Shown: positions 38,290 through 51,580, counted from the first letter of the whole stretch. The stretch is DNA of 63,808 nucleotides, filler included, from Octopus bimaculoides (GCF_001194135.2; 6 parts of 6 records of this genome joined end to end with filler, not necessarily neighbours in it), one strand, 5' to 3'. Program-made: numbers and translations. The notes: generated by a model not told the origin, from the sequence alone.

Positions 38290-38585
38290 TTACGTGTTTC
38301 AGTTACTGGACTGCGATCATGCTGGGGCATCACCTTGAAGCGTTTAGTCGAATGAACCTACTCCACTTATATTTTAAGTCTGATACCTACTCTCTTGATC
38401 TCTTTTACCAAACCGCTGGGCCAAAGAAACATAAACAAACCAACACCGGTCGTCAGGCGGTGTGGCGACAAACGCAAAACATACACACATATACGACGAG
38501 CTTCTGCACAGTTTCCATGTAACAAATACTTTCACAAGGCATTAGTCATTCCGGGTCTATAGTAGAACACACTTAAGGTGCCGCA
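38290..38585 (-). mobile_element. SINE family C, diverged
   Basis: Matches other family C copies. Confidence 0.65.
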
Positions 38586-39029
38586 CGTGTTTAGATTTAA
38601 TCTTCTCCCCTTAAAAATTACTAGCTTTGTACCTACGTTCTGAATTAAAATTTGATATAAATGTTAAAATGTAAAGCACCTTACGGCATAATGAATTTAT
38701 CTCACTTTTACCACAGAACAGAAGTAAGTGTTATACACAGAAATAATATACCATTTGCAATATTATTTGTTGAGACTGGGGAGTATCGAATGCAGAGAAA
38801 TATAAGTTCAAAAATATTAACGCAGAGAAAACATACTGCATATTATAGTATGATAAATGATCATGATATGATATGATATATAACCTTATCATTTACATCA
38901 CCTATTTATTTTTAATATTTGTCGTATTTGATGGAATACAAGACGCATTTTTTCTTTCCCCCAAAAAGATGTCTAGAAAAAAAAACCATGAAGGGTTTTA
39001 TATGCGAAGTTAGGCCTCCCATAAGCTAA

Positions 39030-39180
39030 TATTTGTTTCAAATTTTGACACAAAGCCAGCAAGTTCGTAGATAATTCAATTACAGCGACTCCCAGTGTTC
39101 ATCTGGGACTTATTTTATCGACCCCGAAATGCTGCTTAGGACTGTCCGATGTGCTAATAATTCTGCTAGCCTCCTGTCTT
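39030..39180 (-). mobile_element. SINE family A, internally deleted
   Basis: TTTCAAATTTTGACACAAAGCC tail and TATCGACCCCGAAA body. Confidence 0.65.
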
Positions 39181-39258
39181 CCCATGAGCTAATAATATAT
39201 ACTTAAATAAAGCGATGAGCTGGCAGAATCGCTAGCGCGCAAGTTCAAAATTTCCCAA

Positions 39259-39303
39259 GACACCTGATGAGGCTGGAGGGTATATCAGCCGAAACGTTGT
39301 GTT
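39259..39303 (+). ncRNA. Minimal type I hammerhead ribozyme motif (Penelope-type)
   Basis: Stem I GACAC/GTGTT, core CTGATGA (39264-70), stem II GGCTG/CAGCC, GAAA (39291-94), palindromic AACGTT stem III, GUU cleavage triplet. Confidence 0.7.
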
Positions 39304-39651
39304 AACAACAAACAATTTTTATCGTTCATCTTATCAAGTCATCCTTTCACCTTTATGTACCCATTTTCCCTCCTCATCAGGAACATTCTTTCTTTCACTT
39401 TACTGCTTTTCCTTTTTCTCTAATTTTCTCTTCCACGTCCATCTCTTTTTGGTCTTTTTATTCCTCCATTCTCTAACCATTTCCTCTCTTATTCTCGCAT
39501 AACATATATAACACCATGACACGTATTCTCTCACCATTTCTCTTTCACTCTCTCTTTTACTTCTCTTTCTCTCTCTCTCTTTCTCTTTCTCTCTCTCTCC
39601 CTCTCAAAAACTCATGACTTATAAAACTGTCTGAATTCACTCTCCACACAG

Positions 39652-39844
39652 GTGCAACTTATATCTCAATGTTTTTGCTCGGTATTATCATCAGTGGTGC
39701 TGTGACGAGCTACTTCAAACTCAGTATTCCAGGAAGCTACCGCATGAGCGTTCTAGTTCTCCTATTACATGTGTGTTTATCGTGGTTAGCCTACAACCTC
39801 ACTTGCCCCAAATTGGACATAGTTAAAACATACGAATCCAGTCA
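39652..39844 (+). CDS. SLCO/OATP exon f (TM8-TM9 region)
   Basis: CACAG acceptor, phase 1. Stop-free frame GATYISMFLLGIIISGAVTSYFKLSIPGSYRMSVLVLLLHVCLSWLAYNLTCPKLDIVKTYESS. GTAAGT donor at 39845, phase 2. Confidence 0.8.
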
Positions 39845-40549
39845 GTAAGTATTCTAATTTTCTTTCATTAAGCGTTAGGCGAGTATAGAGCGTAGGAAGA
39901 ATCAATGAAGTTACAAGCCAACAGGAATGACATACTCAATTCTATTGGCTCACAGTTGTTTCTGTTCTGAGGAAGCTATAAGGTAATATACAAGCATTCA
40001 GCTCAGATTAGGATACAATTCTATCTTGACAAAATACATACAACCAATAGTTCACATTAAGCTGAGAGTATCTGGTAAGGACACTTCCCTTGACTTTGAA
40101 ACGTGCATTGGGTAATAAAAAAGAGACAATGCTTTTGTTTTTATAACTTGTCAACCTCCTTCCACATTATCTCAATGTATACAAAATTTAGCAAAAGCAT
40201 TTAAACTTGCAAAAGTATAGATTGGTAGCTTGTTGCTCTGTATTCCTGGAAAATTAATTGATCATATGAAGGATCGATTAAATATGCATACTGCAATGTG
40301 CAGCGTTTGCATTGTGCCAGGTTATTCGGCACACGTGTAATCTAAACACATCGTCATTCTTTGTGTTTTTTTATCTAATATACTCTGTGATTAATACACT
40401 GAGAATAACTGGCGTTCTACCATAGACTTACAATTGTACCTGTCACAAGAAATGAGTCACAGCGATTCTGATTGCCATAATACTAACTGAGCAATTTAGT
40501 TTGTCAGATTCTATTTCCACAGAAAGCTTAAAGAAGTATTCGTCTGGGA

Positions 40550-40935
40550 AAACCAGGAAAGGAAAAATGATATGGTATAACCCGCTTTTCAGCTTAAACG
40601 TAAAAAAACCAATATTAGCAGAATCTTCCAGTAACTAATAAGCAAACATCTTCCTGACAACTATAACTTTCACAAAGTTTTTAATAGATTTAACCTAAAA
40701 GTTAGTTACAGTTGTACGGACAATTTCACCTCTCCTTTAGCTAAAATTTATAGAAAAAACTGAACCCTCCCTATAATGAACACTTACCTAAATGCGACTG
40801 TCTTTATAAAAGTACATACCCATTAAATGGTAAATATCTTCAAAACATGTATACTGCGCTGAAGTATGAACTAATAATAACAGCAATACTACAAAATGCC
40901 ATATAGACCTCACTGAGAACACTTTTAAATCGCCT
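40550..40935 (+). mobile_element. Penelope-like element C-terminal/GIY-YIG remnant
   Basis: Peptides IWYNPLFSLNV, SKHLPD..FHKVFNRFNLKVSYSCT, CDC..YPLNGK and LTENTFKS across frameshifts. Confidence 0.75.
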
Positions 40936-41601
40936 TTGCCACTCTCTCGGTCGCCATAGCCAGTTCCAGTGACAAGTATTGCATGATGACTAGTAGTATT
41001 TTAATGTGATTTTTATGTCAGAGTCTTTTTTTTTCTTAGAAGACTTGCCTTTGTTAAGAATAACGGGCACTTCCTCTACCTCCAGGGAAATCTATTTAAC
41101 CCATATTTGGTACCCTAACAGGTAAAACCCTAACGGGTCAGAACATACCTGGGAGTAATGGTCATTAAGAAATGACTCCACTCTCCCCATAACTCCAGAA
41201 CTGGAGAGCCTCATGACCGGATGCAGTTTCATGTTATACCCTGGACAAGTATATATATATATATAGGTGAGAAAGTTGGTATGTGAAAGCACGTGGTTGG
41301 ATGTATAAAAGATAATAAGAGTGAAAAGACTACAGAAGGCTTGTGTTACATGGTTAAAGTATATATTTAAATTATGTCAGAAAAAATGTTATAAAATCTT
41401 TTTGGTATATAAACATTGTATTTTGAGAAATAACCGGTTTCGTGCCTCAGAAAACTGCCACGAGAACTACATAGGGTCCACAGGATTATCGTTCAGACGC
41501 ANNNNNNNNNNNNNNNNNNNNNNNNNNNNNNNNNNNNNNNNNNNNTTAATTAATTAANNNNNNNNNNNNNNNNNNNNNNNNNNNNNNNNNNNNNNNNNNN
41601 N

Positions 41602-41641
<40 letters not shown>

Positions 41642-41989
41642 TATGCACAAACACACACACACACACTCATAAATACATACATACACACATACATGCATAC
41701 ATATGCATATATGGGTACAGGACGTCACCAACAGTAAACAATATGTAATACGAAAACAGATGAGTTCAATACGCAAACGAGAGAAACAAATGGAAAACAG
41801 GGACGCAATGAAGAGCGCGTGCGCCAGGTTCCGGAGCCCTCTTGTGGCCGCAGTGGAAGCAGGGGATGGCTACTTTCAGTACGCTGTTATCTTCCAACCG
41901 TAATTTAGTTGATAATTTCTTAGATTTTTAAAAATTACTTTTATTTTTGGATGGAATAATATGTTTTCATTATAAATACACGCACTCTT

Positions 41990-42401
41990 TTACTCTTTTA
42001 CTTGTTTCAATCATTTAACTGTGGCCATGCTGGAGCACTGCGTTTAGTCGAGCAAATCGACCCCAGGAATTATTCTTTGTAAGCCTAGTACTTATTCTAT
42101 CGGTCTCTTTTGCCGAACCGCTAAGTTACGGAGACGTAAACACACCAGCATCGGTTGTCAAGCGATGTTGGGGGGACAAACACAGACACACAAACATATA
42201 CACACACACATACATACATAAATATATATATACACACATACGACGGGCTTCTTTCAGTTTCCGTCTACCAAATCCACTCACACGGCTTTGGTCGGCCCGA
42301 GGCTAAAGTAGAAGACACTTGCCCAAGGTGCCACGCAGTGGGACTGAACTCGGAGCCATGTGGTTGATAAGCAAGCTACTTACCACACAGCCACTCCTAC
42401 G
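41990..42401 (-). mobile_element. SINE family C, near full length
   Basis: Complete head-to-tail structure. Confidence 0.85.
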
Positions 42402-42662
42402 CACTATATATTCGTTCTTCACTTCAGCTTTATTTTTGTTCTTATTTTATGTCCTTTGTCTGAAAATCTCTCATTACACCTCCAGTGACCTCTTAAGTAA
42501 CTCTCCATCCCACGTCTCTCCTGTTTTGTTTAGTCCAGGTGGTGACACGTGAGACAGAGAGTCGCTGAAGCGGTCACAGGATGTATGACGGAAGGTTTCT
42601 AAGCAAAAGACATAAAATAAGAAAAACAATAAAGCTGAACTGATGAACGAATATATATAGTG
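42402..42662. mobile_element. Foldback MITE-like element with about 120-nt inverted arms
   Basis: Left arm cactatatattcgttcttcacttcagctttatt... mirrors right arm ...aataaagctgaactgatgaacgaatatatatagtg. Confidence 0.8.
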
Positions 42663-42929
42663 CATGTGTTTATTTGGCAAAAAAAAAAGAGAAAAAAATG
42701 ACCATCCCGAAAAATAACAATGTTTCAACGTAAGTATCTTTTCTGTTTAGCTACACCTGTGGAAATTTTTAAATGAATTTTATGTCAATGATTAGCACAC
42801 AAAACTACATCATCACACCAAATATGAAATCATGTGGAACAAAAATTGAAGAAATGAAAAAGTGACAGCCAAACAGAAAAGAACCAAACGTAAAAATGTG
42901 CTTTCTCTTCCTTTTACACAAACTGTCGT

Positions 42930-43352
42930 GGAGGCGCAATGGCCCAGTGGTTAGGGCAGCGGACTCGCCGTCATAGGATCGCGGTTTCGANNNNNNNNNN
43001 GGCAGCGGACTCGCCGTCATAGGATCGCGGTTTCGATTCCCAGACCGGCCGTTGTGAGTGTTTATTGAGCGAAAACACCTAAAGCTCAACGAGACTCCAG
43101 CAGTGGATGGTGGCGAACCCAGCTGTACTCTTTCACCACAACTTTCTCTCACTCTTACATGTTTCTGTTGTGCCTGTAATTCAATGGGTCAGCCTTGTCA
43201 GACTGTGTCACGCTGAAGATCCCCGAGAACTACGTTAAGGGTACACGTGTCTGTGGAGTGCTCAGCCACTTGCACGTTAATTTCACGAGCAGGCTGTTCC
43301 GTTGATCGGATCAACTGGAACCCACGACGTCGTAAGCGACGGAGTGCCAACC
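42930..43352 (+). mobile_element. SINE family B, full length (head duplicated around a 10-N gap)
   Basis: Near-identical to the 6042 copy. Confidence 0.85.
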
Positions 43353-43785
43353 ACACAAACTATCAAATTTAGCCCGAACACTGTATAATTGTATTTTCAT
43401 CCCTGTTTCAATAAATATTTGTTTCAATTTTCTTCGTGTTTTTCTATCTTTTTTTCACGTATATTTAAAACATTTACGCGATTCCGATAAGCCATTATGA
43501 CTCATAGAACCAATATACCGAGTACACTGAATGACATATGCACGCATGCACACGCGCACACACACACACGCGCAACACACACACGCGCACACATACGCAT
43601 ACATATACACGCGCGCGCACGCACGACATGTTATAGTGTTTTAAATCATTCATGCTGCTGTACTCTTGTACTTATTTTATCAATCTGGAAAGAATGAAAG
43701 TAAAATAAGCCTCGAGAGGATTCGAACGGAGAACGTAGAGTTCTAACCAAATGCCACAAGGTATTTGTCTGACGTCGACTATATA

Positions 43786-43838
<53 letters not shown>

Positions 43839-44229
43839 NNNNNNNNNNNNNNNNNNNNNNNNNNNNNNNNNNNNNNNNNNNNNNNNNNNNNNNNNNNNNN
43901 NNNNNNNNNNNNNNNNNNNNNNNNNNNNNNNNNNNNNNNNNNNNNNNNNNNNNNNNNNNNNNNNNNNNNNNNNNNNNNNNNNNNNNNNNNNNNNNNNNNN
44001 NNNNNNNNNNNNNNNNNNNNNNNNNNNNNNNNNNNNNNNNNNNNNNNNNNNNNNNNNNNNNNNNNNNNNNNNNNNNNNNNNNNNNNNNNNNNNNNNNNNN
44101 NNNNNNNNNNNNNNNNNNNNNNNNNNNNNNNNNNNNNNNNNNNNNNNNNNNNNNNNNNNNNNNNNNNNNNNNTATCTTATTCATTTATTTCATCTGTTGT
44201 TCTTTCCATCTGTTTCTGTATTCCTTAAA

Positions 44230-44262
<33 letters not shown>

Positions 44263-46486
44263 TCTTTCTCGCTCTCTTCCTTTCTCTCTGCCTGATGTCA
44301 GTACAACAGGGGCGGCGCCTGTTGAAAGAACTGAATGAGTTTAGAACTAGGTAAATGAGTTCCCAAGATAGAAAAATCAGCAGTGCAGTTAGGTTCATTT
44401 ATTCTCGGTTTTCTTAATATTTTCATTTCCCCTCCTCCCCTCCCCATCCTCCTCCGCCTCCTCTTCCCTACGTATTTATTTTATTTGCTTCTTTTCTTTT
44501 CTTTTTTTCCTACGGCAACCTATCGGGGAAATAAATTTATACAAGACACCATAAAACCTCTGGCTGCTAGGTTGACCGTGTGTCTGCATTCGGAAAGTTT
44601 CTATCAAAAGCACAGGATTGGAAAAGGCATCAAAGACTTACAATAATACATAAAAGTAATACTGATGGAAAATTAGAATCGTAAGAACGTCGAGGTAAGC
44701 GCTATTTAGTTTATGAGTATTTACGTTAAGAGTTCAAATCCAGCCGAAATTAACTTAGCCTTTTATCTGACGATGATCAATAGTACCATTAAAGTACTCG
44801 TGTTGTTTTAATCGACTAACCCATCCCACCAAATGTGTGACTTTGTCTCTAGGTAAGAAATTAAGGATCTTTACCCTTTGAACGGCAGATCGAGAAATTA
44901 ATTTTTTGTAACTAAACACTTTCGAACTTCGGACACTGGTAGAATGTGTCATATAAAACATCTTTTACTCTTAGTGTTGTTGAGAAAAGTTTGTATTTTC
45001 AAAGTTATTTCGTGTTAAAGTTGTCGTATTTCGGTAATTTCGACCAATCAATGACGTGCATTCAGCTGAATAAAATTACTGCAACTTCCGGCGCTGGCTC
45101 TAAATTCTATAGAAAATCTTTTGAGACACTTCAAAAAATGAGCACCTTAACAGTCACGGGTGATTTGTTGGAGCTTGCAATGAGGAGTCTTAACTTATTT
45201 CTCGAAAAATCTTTCCAATGATAGGATCCGAAGTATGGAATCAGACTCGGAGTTGTGCAGTTAACGTCGCACTGGAAAATAATTATTGGCTGACCAGGGT
45301 AAGGGTTGGAATCAGTGAAAATAAACCGATTTCAACTTCGAACAAATATAAATTGTATACACAATGCTGATAGCATTTTATACTCAATGGAAAAGTGTGA
45401 TTCATGCTGGATAATCATATCCTATTGGCTAATATTTTAGTTGATCCAATAGACCAACTCTTGTTGAGCAATGATTAAATTGCTAAAGGAAATAAATCCC
45501 CCTTTTAAAGTATTAACTCACATGAAAGAGTTACGAGTACTAATCAGAATTTACTGAATTACAGAACTAAGGTAGCAAGACGTAATTCAGAATCATCTTC
45601 TTCAAATGAAGAATTAAACTGTAGAACATATTTAGACAAAACTAAACATTCAAAAGTTAATAGACACCGCTTAACCCTATAACAGTGGAAATCGTCAATC
45701 GATGTCCCAAAAATTTTACGTGGATACGACCATCGCATAGCACATTTTATTGTACAAATGATTAACGATTGCTATAGTTTCTGTACTTATTTAAAGTGAA
45801 AATCGGTGTAAAAATGACCCGAAACAAAAGAAGAGGAGCTTGTTTCCTTTCTTCATGGTTGATACATTCATGATGCAACCCTTTCCCACCGTTTAAGGGT
45901 AAAGCATAGAGAGCAGCCAGCAGATATCCAACGAAAGAAATTTCTGGAAGATTTTATTTTATGAATGAAAAGAAGCTTATAAGACATATAGCATAATCAT
46001 CCGAGCCTCATAAATAGGCAGAGTGTTTATGAATAAGTGATAATTACATGACCTATATAGAAAATATTTTCAACCATAACCTTGCGCTATTAACTTATTA
46101 CCTTCATTTCACGTCTGATCTAACTTCTCACATCTTACCACAGATTAAGAAGAAAAAGGGGAGATTACTTCCAGAGTTATGATAGCAGGATTGTACATTT
46201 CTTTGTCGTTACTCGAAAAGAAGTTAGCTTCATTTCCCTCCATCGTCAATGAGATTTCACATAGCAGCTGTTTTTAATAGTTCTGCTTTCAACCAAGCCT
46301 CAAGATCGTAGCATAAGGTGTAGCGAATTACTTGAGACTCTATGCAGCACCTACTCTTTACAAAAACTTCTGATAACTCAACCTGCATGCCTATGGTTGC
46401 GTTGTACTCACTACAAAGTAAATGTTTCACTCTTCACGAAAATTGCGTTCTTTCACTTTTTGGTGACTTTTATGTACAGCGCAATA

Positions 46487-46601
<115 letters not shown>

Positions 46602-46729
46602 TTGATGGAACTGTTTATTGCTTTATTGTTCTGTCAGCTGAGCAGATAACAGCTTTCGGATTCATTTTTATTGCTTCTCTACTTTAATGGAATGGTCAGC
46701 TTCTACCTAAGTTATCTGACAACATGCAT

Positions 46730-46783
<54 letters not shown>

Positions 46784-47085
46784 CTGTGCCTGTGTGTGAG
46801 CGTCCACCGGTCTAACTAAACATTTTTATACAAACACACACACACACACATATTACACAGCCATACACACGAAGTTAACCCTATACGTGCATGTACTCAC
46901 ACACATACAATGCGCTCGCAAACATATATACGCAAGTATACACCTACGTTCGAACAGAAGCAGGTACATTTATTCATACAGATACATGCATGCACACTTA
47001 TTATATGTAGCTAGTTCGTATATACACACATATATATATATATATATANNNNNNNNNNATCATCATCCCCACCAACACCACCACC

Positions 47086-47157
<72 letters not shown>

Positions 47158-47827
47158 GCTACTACTACTACTACTACTACTACTACATATTATTGCTGTT
47201 AGTACTAAGTATATGCTAGTGTGGGAGAGATAGTCGTTCTTACTACTGAGAAGCGGGATCTGGTTTCCCTTATATAAATGCTACGGATTGTGTTGGATAT
47301 GTTTCGACGTTGTCTAATGATCCGTCAAGTTTATCCATGACAAATTACTACGCATACCAGTAGTGTTTAATTCTTTCAACTACACTACATACCATCTCTT
47401 CTATATAAGTTCTAGTGGTGTCTCTATGCTGCCCAACTATGCACTACGAGAGATAAACAATGAGGCTAGAATTATAGTTTGCTAGTGGGCTGGTTTGGTA
47501 AATCATGCAGTTATTATAAGATACAGGGATTTTTTTTAAATAGATGTAACCTGCTAATGAGTAATTTAATGGATTTACTTGTTCTTTGACTTCTTTTACT
47601 ATAATTTTCTATTCGTGCAATGGTTCCATAAACACGTGAGCTTGTTTGCTCTTGAATATAAATAACCGCAAATATATACTGGAATCAACTTTGCCTTTCA
47701 TCCATTCTAGGTCGATAAAATAATGTACTGAAGTTGATGGTATTGGCTTAAACCACCTCTTAACCCCTTGCAGACGGATTTAGCACTGACAGTCTGTGTT
47801 GTGTAGCGGTATTAGGCCATTCAGTAA

Positions 47828-48227
47828 CTCTTTACTTGTTTCAATTATTTGACTGTGGCCATGCTGGAGCACCGCCTTTAGTCGAGCAAATCGACCCCGG
47901 GACTTATTCTTTGTAAGCCTAGTACTTATTCTATCGGTCTCTGTAGCCGAACCGCTAAGTTACGGGGACATAAGCACACCAGCATCGATTGTCAAGCAAT
48001 GCTAGGGGGACAAACACACACACACAAACACACACACAGACACACACACACATACATATATATACGACGGGCTTCTTTCAGTTTCCGTCAGCCAAATCCA
48101 CTCACAAGGCTTTGGTCGGCCCGAGGCTATAGTAGAAGACACTTGCCCAAGATGCCACGCAGTGAGACTGAACCCGGAACCATGTGGTTGGTAAGCAAGC
48201 TACTTACCACACAGCCACTCCTGCGCC
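47828..48227 (-). mobile_element. SINE family C, near full length
   Basis: Complete head-to-tail structure. Confidence 0.85.
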
Positions 48228-48999
48228 TAGAATTTTTCATACAACGAATTTTACAGTGTATCATCATGACCGGTTTCTCGCGCCTCTGAACTTTATGTTT
48301 CGAGGGCATACCGATTGCGAGAAAATTAGTAACGCGTTCAATTGCAACGTCCGTACTTTTACAGATGACATCGGTTTATGAAACTAAGCGGAATTATCAT
48401 TCACTTTTGCAAGCTTCTGAGTGGAAGTAGCATTCCTTTTTTCACCCTAGCAACAGAAATACACGTGACTACGCATCAATCACATGCATATAACCTCATC
48501 ATGCGTCATATAATAACAGCAAAAAAAAAAAAAGGAACAGCTTATCCAAAGTTCTAAACAGAAATGTAGGTTGCGGCCATAGCTATCATCCACTGTTATC
48601 AGAACTGTTATCTGAAATCCCTAATAGAAAAGAAAGTAGGTTGTGGCCATAGCTACTATGCGGCTGTACACTAAGATGAAAACGGCCTTCGCCGTCGTCC
48701 GGCCACACACACACACTGTTTCGATGCGGTCAGTACCGCTTTCCGTCTGGAAGGGTTTAAAATTGTTGGCCTTGAGCCTTATTAGAAACTATTACTATTA
48801 TTTTAAAGTTTTTACAAGGTACAAGATCACAAATTTATTTTTAAAAATAGCGCTTGGTCGATGCAATCAAAGATTCGGTGTATTACTGGTATGTTTATGT
48901 TTAGAAATATGAAATACATATAACGATTTGAATATAGGGGACATAGCAACGTGGTTATGAAGTTCGTGGTTTCGATTAATACCAAACGTGCTGTACTTT

Positions 49000-49235
49000 G
49001 GGTAAATGCCCTCTTCCATAACCAGCATTGGTGCTGCCCTACATCGTGTAACTGCATTTGGTAGATGAAAACTGTGTAGAAGCCTGTCGTGTTGTCTGTG
49101 CATGTGTATGTGTATATGAGAGGTTTTACGTCACCACAACTTAGCAGTTTGCCGAGAGGACGATGGTTTCTGTCGGTCTGATCGTCTAAAACTTCCCAGC
49201 ATGGCCGCAGTCCAACGGCTAATACAACTAAAAGA
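49000..49235 (+). mobile_element. SINE family C, degraded
   Basis: CTTTGGGTAAATG segment and CAGCATGGCCGCAGTC tail. Confidence 0.55.
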
Positions 49236-49584
49236 AACTTAAAAAATAGTAGAACATAAAAGGACGGAACTCCATAATGTTAAGTGTGACAATTGCCTAC
49301 GTGCCAAACGCCTGTTTTCCATTGTTGTCTAAAGCTTACTTATGGTGTGTTAAAATATTTTACTTCAATCAAATTACTTAGTTTAGATTAAATTATAATG
49401 GTGTATAGCAATACGTTTGTTCTTGTTTCAGAAACCGGCGAGATTTATACTAGCAAACGAACAATGATAGTTTGTCTTTTTCTGAATAATGTATAACAAA
49501 TATACGAAATGATAAATGAGAATAAAAATTGTCTGTGATGTACAAATTAAGTAACTCGGAAAGGTATCGTAAAAAATAATAATA

Positions 49585-49649
<65 letters not shown>

Positions 49650-49679
49650 AATGATAACGATAATAATAATAATATCAAG

Positions 49680-49917
49680 AATTAGACGAACTAGAAACAC
49701 CTGCAGAAAAAGCTAAGCGCTTGAAAACCCGTGCAAAAATTGCTGCCTTAGATATTATGACTGAAAAATGGCATGGAAAACCTCTCAATGGCAAATACCC
49801 AAAGAGAGCGAATAATGCAGATATTGACAAAGCCCTTACCCACCAATGGTTAATGGCCTCTGGCTTGAAATCAGAAACAGAGGGGTTTATCATAGCAGCC
49901 CAAGATCAATGCCTACC
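49680..49917 (+). mobile_element. R4/Dong-type non-LTR retrotransposon fragment
   Basis: KWHGKPLNGKY..IDKALTHQWLMASGLKSETEGFIIAAQDQCL is a post-RT motif typical of R4/Dong elements; cut by scaffold join. Confidence 0.7.
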
Positions 49918-51017
49918 NNNNNNNNNNNNNNNNNNNNNNNNNNNNNNNNNNNNNNNNNNNNTTAATTAATTAANNNNNNNNNNNNNNNNNNNNNNNNNNN
50001 NNNNNNNNNNNNNNNNNATATATATACAAGAATATAAAATATACAAGAATAAGGGCAGGGAATCGTCAATTAGTAATAGAATTAATAATTAACAATTTTG
50101 CCAAGTAGTTCAGTATGAAAAAACCTTTATCGGTAAAACCATTTATCATCATGAATATACAGGGATTAGCATTGAGTTGCCTCTCCAACATACTGAAAAT
50201 TTAGAAATAGCAGTCAAAGAACTACTGATTCTAAACTACAAATTTTTCTCTAAACGGATGGCGATATTTATGGCACACATAGAACAAAAATATATATATA
50301 TATATATTTAAGCATAGATGATAGCTTTGCTGGCCAGAACTTCGAAGTCTCTGTCAAAAACATTGCTTAAGAATAATTAATTTGGGACACCACAAAATTA
50401 TATAGTAAACCCTCAGATTATATATCTATATATGTGTGTGCGTGTGCGTGTATACCTTAAATACACAGGACAGGGTTTTATTTTCGCTTATCCTTTCATT
50501 TTAGCCACCACCATTATATTTCGTTTTACTATTGCTCTGAACATGATTACGTTTATTTATTAGTTTTTTTTATTTTTGAGCTCCTTGATAAGCTGCTTTG
50601 CGCAGAAAAAATATTTTAAATATATTTAGCATAAGATGTTGCAAGATATTTATTTCTATTATTACTATATATACACACAAAATACACATATGTACCTATA
50701 TGTGTATGCGCGTGTGTGTGTGTGCGTGTGTGCATGTGTGTGTGTGTATATGTATATATATATATATATAACATAAATACATATATATGTATATATATAT
50801 ATATAATATATATATATGTATACATTTATATAAATATACATATATAGATATGTATGTATATTTACATATTATATATGTATATGTATATGGACGGGTGTAT
50901 ACATATAAGCACATCAATATTCATCTCTGTATTTTTTCTACCTGTATGTATATATCTATACATACAGATACACATCACACACACACACACACACACACTT
51001 ACAAAAAGCAATATGTA

Positions 51018-51069
<52 letters not shown>

Positions 51070-51521
51070 NNNNNNNNNNNNNNNNNNNNNNNNNNNNNNN
51101 NNNNNNNNNNNNNNNNNNNNNNNNNNNNNNNNNNNNNNNNNNNNNNNNNNNNNNNNNNNNNNNNNNNNNNNNNNNNNNNNNNNNNNNNNNNNNNNNNNNN
51201 NNNNNNNNNNNNNNNNNNNNNNNNNNNNNNNNNNNNNNNNNNNNNNNNNNNNNNNNNNNNNNNNNNNNNNNNNNNNNNNNNNNNNNNNNNNNNNNNNNNN
51301 NNNNNNNNNNNNNNNNNNNNNNNNNNNNNNNNNNNNNNNNNNNNNNNNNNNNNNNNNNNNNNNNNNNNNNNNNNNNNNNNNNNNNNNNNNNNNNNNNNNN
51401 NNNNNNNNNNNNNNNNNNNNNNNNNNNNNNNNNNNNNNNNNNNNNNNNNNNNNNNNNNNNNNNNNNNNNNNNNNNNNNNNNNNNNNNNNNNNNNNNNNNN
51501 NNNNNNNNNNNNNNNNNNNNN

Positions 51522-51580
<59 letters not shown>

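Noticed and set aside
41420-41445. Minus-strand CTGAGGCACGAAACCGGTT
   Set aside because: Core incomplete and no stem II.
42950-43040. Short tandem duplications flanking 10-N gaps (also about 60334, 60589, 60766)
   Set aside because: They look like unmerged contig overlaps. The second copy of the EGF exon end is therefore not treated as real.
45045-45092. CCAAT, TGACGT and ACTTCCGG promoter-like cluster
   Set aside because: Short motifs with no adjacent first exon; could be chance or part of a repeat.
50100-50290. Possible PLE RT remnant (QGLA...IFMAHIE-like)
   Set aside because: Too short and degenerate to support without a search.
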